A stretch of 63,919 nucleotides of DNA, the filler included, from Octopus bimaculoides (Eukaryota): NCBI RefSeq assembly GCF_001194135.2. It is 6 parts of 5 records of this genome, joined end to end, with 100 filler letters (N's around TTAATTAATTAA, not from the genome) between each part and the next. Parts side by side here need not be neighbours in the genome. Positions count along the whole stretch, not along the records: positions 31,942 to 53,727 come from NC_068993.1; 5 more parts are not named here. The stretch is one strand, 5' to 3'. The notes below the pieces were generated by a model. The model worked only from the letters and a program-made list of their open reading frames with translations. It was not told where the DNA came from and searched no databases. A program made the translations under genes and the position numbers. This document shows positions 39,572-50,558 of this stretch, piece by piece (the stretch's first letter is position 1; the number at the start of each line of letters is the position of its first letter).

Positions 39572-41351
39572 AAGAGTGTCGTATGCGCTGCCATATATTA
39601 TACAGAGAGGTTTAGAAGCTATTAAGAAGAGATATCGTTAGAATACGTGTTTGTGGTTTGAACAGTTGGTGAACAAATATACAATAAGTTTGCAAATACA
39701 TTAAAACGTCATAACACCTACGCTTCTCCATTTTGGTTGCTTGCATTCCTGCAGTTGGTGCTCTGTGTGCAATGGGATGCTGAAGCACAGAAGTTATCAG
39801 ACTAAATATGTTATGGAATTATTGTTACACAAATTAAATGATGTAAACTTCATCTTATTGTTATCATATATCTGTGCGTGTGTGTGTGTGCGTGCGAACG
39901 TGTGTGTATGCACGCTCACGCACAAACTAGTATCAATATACAGATTTTTATTTTTGTGAATATGTAGCTTGGAAATACATTTCTACGTGCCCAATGTTAT
40001 GCAGGCTGTACCAAGAACAGTGTCGCACACACTGAGCAAAATTTAATTTGAACGTCCAATTTTACATACTAATTAGCTATAGATATGTCACCTCTACAAA
40101 TAACTCTATTCTAATCAGCTGCACGATACAATCTTTCTCTGTTGTGAATTACCCTCATTAATGTTTCACTCTCGCGGACTGTTTAAATTATAAAGCAATA
40201 ATGTCAAGTTGACATTCTTAGATTAAAGTATATTTTTTACATTGTAAGCCCATATGAAATTCAGAGTTGTGTAAATTGTTAGGTATGATATAAAGTTGAT
40301 ATGTTGTGTTACAGTATACATAAAGATTTTTTTCAGATGTCTTTGGGAAAAGGCAAACTAAGTAATAAAAAGTATCCGTCACTCTAAAGCTTGAAATATT
40401 TGTAAATAAATTTCTTGAAATTTTAACATACTATGTGCTGTTTTTCATCATGAATGGTATAGTTTAAATATATAGAAAGCAAGAACCATAAGAATTTTAT
40501 GGGAAATCTCAAAGCATATATAACACCTATAATGTGATCTCACAATTTTCAACTTTTTTCTATTTCATCATCTGACACTCCTGGCACTAACGCTAAATTA
40601 ATTTAACAATAAGATATATAAATTGAATGCAAACGCGTATATTTGATAATGAAACGAATGTTTTCCGATAACGTTTCCTGAAATCATATTGAGGGTAATA
40701 TTATGGAATTTAGTAGTCCATACTGCAATTTATCATTTTTGAAATTATCGCAATGTTTGTTTCACCTTAATAGAGAAAGTAAAGGATAAAACACATAAAC
40801 ATAGATTTAAAAAATGAACAGCTAAACGGTCATACAGAATATACATTTACATAATCATATCGACATGTATTTAGCTGTGCATTTGGCAAATGCGTATCTA
40901 AATAGAAGACATACTTATGTATTTGTTGCTTATATTCATTTTATTTTATGTTTGTATCACGGAAAATTGTAATGACATCCCGGATTCAGAAATATGTATC
41001 TCTACAGCTATTGAAATTTTAAAGTATTATTTACTTTAATTGATTCTCAGTTAATTCATTAAAGTTCAATAAAATAAATATCAAATAATTTTAATGAAAT
41101 AACCAGCTCCGAGAAATGTAGTACACGTGTTTTAATAACATCAATTTTTATGTTACATGGGGGAAAATAAACATTTATCAGCATGAAGAACTATAGGCAT
41201 AAAAATTGATTATAACATTTGGAAGTTATATAAAGATACCCACAAAATCATTATTTTTTAAAGAAAGATTACATTCGCATGTGTTTTTATTCTATATTAT
41301 TTGGTTTTCATTAAATTCTAAATGTTTGGAAAACAGGAGAAAAACATAACC

Positions 41352-41387
41352 GGGCGCAGGGGTTGCTGTGTGGTAAGAAGCTCGCTT
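41352..41387 (+). mobile_element. SINE family 1 head, split by element C
   Basis: GGGCGCAGGGGTTGCTGTGTGGTAAGAAGCTCGCTT; the remainder resumes at 42967. Confidence 0.8.
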
Positions 41388-42966
41388 TCGGTTTATGGTT
41401 GTTCAATTGCATTGTTGGATTTGTGTGAGATACACGTGTTATTTGGCTGTACTGGTTTTTTTGGCTGTTCGACGTTTTTCCTCTTGTGTGATGGAGGGAT
41501 GTTGAACGAGAGGTTGTGAAGGTTTCAGTTGTTCTGCTTTAAGCATTGAAGGCTACACTTCCTCGGCCTATATGACGTCAGAGGAGGAGATGGTGGAGTG
41601 CCTGGCGAAGATAGACAAGGCTTTGGAAGAAAGAAGCCATGTTGCGGCGACGGAGGAGAGGTGCGAAGAAATAAGGTTGGAGGATGTAAACAAGTATAAG
41701 GGAATGCTGAAAAGGGTGAGGAATGAAGTGAAGGTGTTCCCCCACGAAGAAGTCTTAAAGAAAACAGCGGAAAGAACGATAGTTTATAGGACGTACTCGA
41801 TGGCATCTGCAAAAATAGAAAACATGTCTACGGTACAGATAGAAAAGCGGAAAGACCAGTCTGGCAAGGGATCTCACACCTTGCCAGAGGTAAAAGAGTT
41901 GGAACGATTGAGGTGCAGTTCTACCCGTATACCTTGGGAGATATAGTTCCAGGGTTAGGGTGGTGGAAACACCCCCAGAGGTGGATGTAGCCAGGCCAGT
42001 GGATGTAACCAGGCCGGAGGCTGCTATATTACTTGGAATGGAGAAGAAGGTGGTGGTCCAACAAGCAACCAGAACACCTCATAGCAACTGGAAGTAAAAA
42101 CCCGTAACATGGTGATGCAAATCGCGGAGGAGAGCATCGAAATCTGGTCGAAAGTATCACAGTGGAGAGTCGACTTTAAAGTTAGAGTGGAAGGGAAGTT
42201 TCCGCGTTGTTATAAATGTGGCCTCAAAGGCCACATTAGAGCGGAGTGTCCTCCACTACTAGAAAAGGACAAGAAAAGACAGAAGGAAAATGTGGTTGGT
42301 GCTACACTGCCTGTGGAGGAAGTAGTAAGTGAGGTGGAACCACAGAAGAATACAGACACGTGGAGTGTCTGGAATAATCGGGATTGATAGCTTTTGTTGT
42401 CAACGATGGGAAGAGTTCAGCTATCGGCTGAGTCTATTATCAAGGTTGTGCCACCTCGTCTCCTTAACAAGGAAAAGAAGGCTTGTTTTTTCTGCGTAGT
42501 AGCCATACTGAAATAAACAGTATGGAAGACGCATGTAAGAAGTATAGTGACAAGCAACTTTGTCTCTGCCCAGGGGTTGGTTAACTTCTTTAGTTACCAC
42601 CTCGATAACAAGATCAACCTGGAGAAGAGATACCTGTCACAGAATATGTTCGTGAAAAGATAGAAGCAAGTAGTGAACAAGATGCGAATGACTGGAACCA
42701 GGCAAGTGGGGCCAGAGGGAAAAGTAAAAGTTGGAACTTAGCGATTGGATGCCTTTCCTTCAGTCACACATTGCAAAATTTGCAATAATCATCAAGTTTA
42801 ATCGAAATTTATTTAAAAAATGATATAATTTTTAAAAGCATGACATTTATATTTTATCATTCGAAACATTCTCATTCGTAATAAGCAGCTCCTTCACCCT
42901 CTATGTTTGTCTGCCCATGTCTTTCCCATCTATGTACGGTTTCCTGAGTCAATTTATGAAATAAAC
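41388..42966 (+). mobile_element. Element C: L1/Tx1-related element, ORF1 joined to the last ~70 codons of ORF2, EN and RT absent
   Basis: MTSEEEMVECL...RTIVYRTYS...LPVYLGR...; intact knuckle CYKCGLKGHIRAEC at 42208-42249; then GRVQLSAESIIKVVPP...VVAILK.TVWK...QGLVNFFSYHL; AATAAA at 42960; TSD AAGCTYGCTT. Confidence 0.8.
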
Positions 42967-43345
42967 AAGCTTGCTTCCCAACCACATGGTTCCGGGTTCA
43001 GTCACACTGCGTAGCACGTTGGGCAAATGTCTTCCATTATAGCCTCAGGTCGACCAAAGTCTTATGAATGGATTTGGAAGACGGAAACTGCAAGAAGCCC
43101 GTCGTATACATATGTATATATGCGTGTGTGTGTGTGTGTACGTATTTGTGTATCGGTGTTGTCCCCACTAACCATCACTTGATGTTTGTGTGTTTACGCC
43201 CCCGTAACATAGCGTTTCGGCAAAGAGACCGATAGAGTAAGGCTTACCAATATTAAGTCTTGGGGTCAATTTGTTCGACTAAAACATGCATTGCACCAGC
43301 ATGGCCGCAGTCAAATGACTAAAACAAGGAAAAGAATAGCAGAAA
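42967..43345 (+). mobile_element. SINE family 1 body and tail (continuation of 41352-41387)
   Basis: AAGCTTGCTTCCCAACCACATGGTTCCGGGTTCAGT... through CCAGCATGGCCGCAGTCAAATGACT. Confidence 0.9.
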
Positions 43346-44389
43346 AGAAAATGCATATCATTAGCAAAGCGTTTTCCAGTGCTCTAATATTGTGATGTTA
43401 CCAGCATTAATAAGTCTAAGAATTGCGGTCTCCACTCATTGAATGCTATTAACAATCTTTACCTTTATCTCGTAAAATGTTTGAAAATATTACCATATAA
43501 TTTCATATGCAATTGCTTGATTAACGTTGCTGTTTTACATCTTCTTTATAACCGTTATAGTTCTTTTATAAAGCTCACACGCGCATACACGCATACACAT
43601 ACACACACCCTCACACACACATACAAATACACACACAGATGCACATATACAAAAATATGTGAGCGGTTGCACTAGCATACACATATTGGCGTTCGTGGGA
43701 ACATGGCTAATTCAATGCCAATAAAGAATTCAAAGTGCAAGGCATAAGTGAAAATAAACAGAGAGAAAGGAAGATAACAAGTGTGAAAGGCAGAAGGTGG
43801 TAGGTCGGGTTACCACAACGCTATTGGTGAAGGTGGGTGATAGAATGCGTGATAGTGGAATTAACTCTAATGGTGGTGGAGCTAGCGGTAAAGCCTGAGG
43901 GGGCTGTGGGTTTGGCGGATTTTGTAGTGGCGTGGGCGTACTAATGGAAATGATAGTGATGAAAATAAAGACTATGACGATGGTAATTCTAGTATCAGTA
44001 TTCATAATAAGTGACGTTGGCGATGATTAGCGGGCAGAAATTGGGATGGCGATGTTCATGATGGTGTTAGATGATGCTGATGGTGATGAACGTTGAGGAG
44101 GTTGGGGTCATGTTAGGGATAATTATATTGAAGATAACGACGACAAGGACAAGGTGGGGGACGATGAGGGTGAAAGTAACCATGAAGAAGATGCTGCTGA
44201 TGGTGATTTTATGACAGAAGTAACACTGGTTCTGGCGGATGTATCGGGGGCTAGGTGTTTATTTAACTTTCAAGTGTGGAAATGGTGATACTTGTGATGT
44301 ACGTGAGGATGGCTGACAGCGGAGAGGGATGAATTAAATACTGTGGTTATGTGCAACACTAAAAATAGGATCGCAGCACCACAAAGACA

Positions 44390-45620
44390 CCCACAAAAAA
44401 TTCGTTCAATGCTCATCGTTCTCACTCATCAGTCAGGATATTGCGAGAAAGAAGCACTTCCTATTCCACCGTCATTTTCATTTCCGATGGAAACATGAAA
44501 AAGTTCCTGAAGGCTTGGTCAAAGCAGAGGGTGTCTGTCTTTAGCTCTTCCAATATCATCCCTTGCACAACCTCTTTCGCCAAACCCACCAAACAGATAG
44601 AAGCTGACTGCTGCTACTGATCAAAAGTAGGCAGAGGAATGGTATAGGTAATGCTCAATCATGAGATGCATGCGTGCAAAACGGGTCCATCATTGCACGC
44701 ACAGTGAGCAGAACCTGCTCGCTGATAGCTCTGCTTCGCCAGAGATTTCCGAAACTTACCCAGATCTCAGACCAAAAGTACTCTAGTTCTGAACAACCAG
44801 TTGATTATCATGAACGTTCAGAGTTTCTCTGAGAATACGGTTGCCTTTTCCCGACACTAGTTAGCTACAGGACCACCAATGTGGACTTTTCACAGATCCC
44901 AATGCCTAACTGAACGAAGGCTGCTGGTGCTTGATTGCATTTTACATGCCAAGCACCAAATCTCGGCCTCTGATTGACTTAGCACCGCAATTGTGTCAAA
45001 GAGACACGAAACTGATAAAATTACCACACATTTTCACTGTTAAAATGTATCGCCTGGTAATATTACAACAGCGCCTCATTAACCATTGTATGCCCAGCAT
45101 CCAATTAGCGGGTGTTTGCTGCAGAGGAATAGTCTGATTAACAGAACGTATCCATTTTACAAAAGCCGAAATATCAAGCACTCCAGTCTGACCAGTCGTA
45201 ACCTGAGACAAGGCTAGGCAGTCAGGCAATATATGAGTTCCTTACTTCTCCTTGACATATAACGAATGGTTCCCTCACAATGGTTTTCGGGGAGAGCGGC
45301 CAACCTTCTCGTCACCTCGTTTCAGTTTTTGTTCACTTAAAGATTTCGACCAAACCAAATCTTAAGGAATTTAGCTGGTGTGTCTGTCCAGCACCCGAAA
45401 ATGTTACTGGACAGCTTGGGTCTACTTCTCCAGATGCCCACATGCAAGCACATCGACTTTACCTGATAAATATCGGCTCTTGTCACTCGTGTCACTGCTT
45501 CGTTGCAACGTACAGCCATGCTTATCACCTCAATGCCTACCCGAAAGAACACAAAGAATCTACTGCGTGACACTTATCGATTTGGAGATGTGTACACACC
45601 ATAGTAGTCAACGTAGCGTA
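44390..45620 (-). mobile_element. L1/Tx1 ORF2 3' half (end of RT to C-terminus), heavily decayed
   Basis: KSMCLHVGIWRS...WTDTPAKFLKIWFG...NEVTRRLAAL; W...QQTPANWMLGIQWLMRR; HCACNDGPVLHAC; ICLVGLAKEVVQGM...QAFRNFFMF. Confidence 0.75.
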
Positions 45621-46255
45621 TACCGTTGTTGGTCAAGTTAATATAGTTTCCGATAAAAAGACAGGAACTGGCTGTAACCAAGCCGGTTTCCAAGTACAGA
45701 TGGTCTAATCTATCAAAGTTGTTCCATTGACCCAAAAAGGAAAACACTTAAAAAGTCGGTAAGGAAAATTTCTGTGTGAGTAATTTACTTATCTACGCTT
45801 TCTCCAACGCAGCGTAGGAAAACGAGATATTCTCAACATCTCTCACCTAATTAGCTACATAGCACGGTGGAAAGGGTCGTGGGGTGGGACGGACAGTCAA
45901 AGACTCTATATGCCCAGAAATAATAAAAGTCTAAGTAAGAAGCGGACAACGTAGAATACTTGATATCGTGCTGAAATAGTTCAAGTACACCTTGATGTGT
46001 TATGTTATGCCAAGGACCTGTTATATTTCCCGGTCTACTGTTAGATATATTTTTATCAATTTGTATTTACAATATACTAGTTCCATATACAAATAAAAAT
46101 TTTAAAACTCGTAACCGATCAATATTTATGCAGTAAGTATATACATACATATGTATGTGGGGATGTTTGCATGTAAATATGTATGTATGTGTATCATATA
46201 TCTTTATATACATACACACATATATACACACAAATACACATACATACACACACTC

Positions 46256-46296
<41 letters not shown>

Positions 46297-47871
46297 TTGA
46301 AGTAACAGACAAAATTCTTTCAAGTACACAGACTAAATTAAGATGTGTGATATACAGTACACGCCTTCCTCTACACCACTTACTTGTATACATCGCTATA
46401 AGATATTTTCAAATGTAAGTAAAATTATAACTGGTTTTAAGTTCCAGTTACTATGCAGGAAAGATGGTCATATTTTCCCCAAAAGCAATTTTCAACAAAT
46501 TTGTTTGCTATTAATTGAAAATTGCTTATAATAACGCCGCGGGAAATATATCAAACACTTAATTGCATTTCAGTCCATTAACCAACATATAGCTTGAAAT
46601 GCAGTGTTCAAAATGGAAATTTAAAATGTTTACTGGAGAATTCCCCGTGTGTATCGTACCTTAAAACACTATCTACAACTCTAATTTCTAAAACTACATT
46701 CTTCTGATTTAAAATTCGATAATCTAAATGACCTGTGAAATTATTCAGCAATTGTATGCAACTTTTCGAATATTCGAAGTTTCGTATTTGCTAAAAGAAG
46801 TTCAAACGGATTACTAAAGCAGCGTTGATCTTGTAGATGTGATCTTGTCGCAATGTTCGGAAGTTCATTGGTGTATCCCTGGTGTTTCATGTTTGGGTGT
46901 AATGTATCCTGCCTCAGTTTCAATAGGTTTGACATTTTTTGTTTATGTTCAGAGATCGATTTTGTCCTACTTATCCATTATATTTCGTGGATTTGGTTTG
47001 AAATTTCTACTTTTTACCTTCATCAATATAAATTTTACCTCCGACATGAATTCCATGTTAACTGTACAAATAAAACTGTACAGCGACGTTAGTGCAAGAA
47101 CGTTAGGAGCATGTTATGCGCATACATTTTCTTTTATGAGGTGTCACATTAGCATTCCTTTTAAGGCAATATCCTCTGAGGATGTTAATCGTATTAATAG
47201 TTGTTCTCATTTTTCCAACTCAAGTGATTGATAGAAACGCGTGCATTTTTATTCTTAATTTGCTCTTAACTTAATGTTAATCGTTTTAACTCGTATTTAG
47301 TGTTTGTTTTCAGTTGCCAGCCGTACTTTTCTTCACATTTTTTTTTATTTTGTGTAAATTACTCCATAGTGTCTTAGAAATGAGCCACAAATTTGCGTGT
47401 GATGTGAGATAAAAATCAAAGAAATATTTAAATACAATTTATCGTTAATGTATTGAGTTTATTTACTTTTACTCCCAAGAATATTGTGCATCATATGTTG
47501 GTCATCGATAATTTCAAATGAAAATTATTGTCTATGGACAGGAAATGCGTCCATTGACAACTTCTACGATTTGTTATTTATTTGAACAGGCTGAATAAGT
47601 TTCGTAATTTATAAACAAATACCTTATGTTAATCATTTTGATTGGATGGTCACCCTTAATTTTTCCGTCTAAATAAGAAACTTGCCGTTATACGCTTTAA
47701 CAACAGATACAATTTCAATGCTTTTATTATAGGAATTGATCACTAGCATTGTACAGATAGCTGCGTCATAGCCAACATACTCAATGTACTATATTAACAA
47801 GTTGAAGAAGATGCCTTACATTTAATACATTTCCTTAGCATTACACCATCTTGTCATTATTTTATGACGTT

Positions 47872-48040
47872 CAGGTGGTGAGGTGGCAGAATCATTGGCA
47901 CACCACTTTCTCAGTTCAAATTCCTCCGAAAATGACTTTGCTTTTCATCCTTTCGGTGTCTGTAAAATAAATACGAATTGAATACTGGAGTCAATGTCAT
48001 CAGCTTGCTGGCCTTGTGTCAGCATTTGAAACCATTATTT
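47872..48040 (+). mobile_element. SINE family 2, degenerate
   Basis: GGTGGTGAGGTGGCAGAATC head, CTTTGCTTTTCATCCTTTCGG, GGCCTTGTG tail. Confidence 0.65.
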
Positions 48041-48654
48041 ACTCAAGAACTATACGTCACAAAAGAAATTGGTACAATAACACTATAAAATTTAATGTTT
48101 TCAAAAACCCATTACTTGTATACACAATGAATAGCAGATAAAATATATTTTGATATCAGTGAGACATTTAACAATTTAAGACCCTGCATTTGAATCCACT
48201 TTCATCCTTGCAGAAACATTTTTTAACCAAATAATTTTTTTTCTATCCACTCTTATGTAATTCGGAATTACGAGCAGTGACTGAATATATTCGAATGAAC
48301 TAATCTCATTAATCACGTTTAGATATTAATAAATTACTTTGATAGCCTATTATTTTCACTTCAGTTAATATTACTCATATTTTCTGGAATGAAGATGTAA
48401 CGCATATCCCACTGAGTATACTGCCAGCACAAATGCCTAAATTTAGAAGATTATCAAACAGGTGTAACGTTGCTTAGTACATAAACTCGTATTATATGAA
48501 TGGAAAATTAACGTATTGGGCTCCATATATTACCCCAGCTAAATTTGTAAATCAGTGCTTAATTAACTGAAATTACATGAAAGACACAGAGATGCAAGCA
48601 CGTGCATTTAAGCAATTTCACCAAAAATGTTGATAACTACAACGGCAATTTAAG

Positions 48655-48875
48655 TTATATTCTTTTATATTTTCACTTGTTTCAGCCATTTTGACTGCGA
48701 CCGTGCTGCTCCACCGCCTTTAGTCAAACAACTCGATCGCAGGACTTATTTTTGTAAGCCTAGTACATATCCTATCGGTCTGTTTTGCCGAACTGCTAAG
48801 TTACGGGGACGTAAACACACCAACATCGGTTGTCAAGTGAGGTGGTGAGACAAACATAGATACACAAATGCATAC
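48655..48875 (-). mobile_element. SINE family 1 3' half (probable continuation of the head at 50526-50558 across the gap)
   Basis: Reverse complement TTGACAACCGATGTTGGTGTGTTTACGTCCCCGTAACTTAGC...GCAGTCAAAATGGCTGAAACAAG. Confidence 0.85.
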
Positions 48876-49100
48876 AAGTATGTGTGTGTGTGTGTATAAA
48901 TATATATATATANNNNNNNNNNNNNNNNNNNNNNNNNNNNNNNNNNNNNNNNNNNNNNNNNNNNNNNNNNNNNNNNNNNNNNNNNNNNNNNNNNNNNNNN
49001 NNNNNNNNNNNNNNNNNNNNNNNNNNNNNNNNNNNNNNNNNNNNNNNNNNNNNNNNNNNNNNNNNNNNNNNNNNNNNNNNNNNNNNNNNNNNNNNNNNNN

Positions 49101-50525
49101 TTTATTTCATAAAATTCACCACTGGGGCGTAACACAGAAGCAATACAGACTGGATTAATACATTAATGGGATGAAAAATGAAAAATACAAATGTTGTAAA
49201 TGGGAGGGGTATTCGGCGCCCGCCGACCGAAAACCCCTCGAAATCACAGTTCTTTACAATTCAATTTACAATTTAAATTACAATTCAATTTAAATTACCT
49301 CAAAATTAAATCAAATAAGGCACTGAAGCCTCTTAATTATCTTCCCCGAGTAATTTTTTTGCCGACGTAGGTCAGCCTGCTGCGACAAGTCGGGGCCCAT
49401 AGAAAGGAATTCAAAAGTCTTCCTTTCTGAAGGAGGCCATTATCTCAAACAGTTCTCCGTTACTCAAAACCTCCGCATACTCCTGCAGAGGACACTCTGG
49501 ATAGTCCAAACGTTCGCGGTCCAATGTACTATCCATATAACACTTCACAACCCCTCCCCTATTGTAGAATATAATGCAATCACTATCCCACTCACCGGGG
49601 CGGGGTCATTAATCTCTTTCATCGGTGGCACCATTCCGACCGATGAAGCATCAGGACATGCCGTGGTGCACTATCATCCGTCGGCCGTGTCCCGATTCTC
49701 CTCCTTCTGTTCTTTGAGTTTGAGAGAGTAGGGGCCTCTGTTGGTTTAACCGGAAGGTCCACCTATCCCGCAACCTGCGGATCCTTCGGTGAGCAACCAT
49801 TGTTGCTCACCTTCTTCCGCTTTCTCTTTTACGTGGAGGCAGTCACCTCCACGACTTCCTCCGTCTCTCTCTCCAATGGGGGAGCTGAGGATACCTTTTC
49901 TGTTTCCCGCTCCAGGGCCTTACCTCGTCATCGGGGGAAGTTCTTCCTGATATGGCCAGGCTCCAGGAACAGATGACACTTGTGGGGCGCACTCGAGTAT
50001 CACCGGATACCTGGAACCGACAATCTTCAAAAAATCGGGAAAAATAAGGTCGCCGACTGACTGGGTCCATAGAGTCAAAACTGCTTTTGATCCCGCCCAG
50101 TCAGTCGAGGCCTCGATTTTTACATTGAGGAGCTTGTTTCCGCTTCTGCCCAGACCCCGGTGAACGGTTTCTTCATTCCATTATGGTCGGACTCCAGGCG
50201 GCAAACCGCAGACCCAAGCGCTCGTTACTTTCTTCCCACAATATGTGGGGAGGAACAATATCTTTTCCCCCCAGGTGCTACCTTGCGCAATTGCAAGCTT
50301 CCTCAAGAGTGTCAAATAGCAACCACACCGTTGCATATTTCACACCTCTGGATATAAAGTAATTCTTTGTTGGCAAACATTTTGCCAGCTCTATAATAAT
50401 CTCTTCATTGTCGAAGAGGGCGATGGCGTCAAGCGACCTAGAATAGGTCCTCAACACCACCCTCCTCTTCTCAAGGTCCTCAAGCCACTACTTGGGTGGG
50501 ACAATCTCCCACTCCAAGACAGGTG
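49101..50525 (-). mobile_element. Element D: 5'-truncated L1/Tx1-related ORF1-only element
   Basis: RRVVLRTYS...RGVKYATVWLLF...LPTYCGKKV...WVCGLPPG; degenerate knuckle KCHLFLEPGHIRK; 3' end GAATTTTATGAAATAAA, like element C. Confidence 0.75.
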
Positions 50526-50558
50526 AAGCAAGCTTCTTACCACATAGACACTCCCTCA
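50526..50558 (-). mobile_element. SINE family 1 head, split by element D
   Basis: Reverse complement GAGGGAGTGTCTATGTGGTAAGAAGCTTGCTT. Confidence 0.75.

Noticed and set aside
47176-47243. CTGAGGA...GAAACGCGTG with a pairable helix II
   Set aside because: The cleavage triplet would be GUG and helix I does not form
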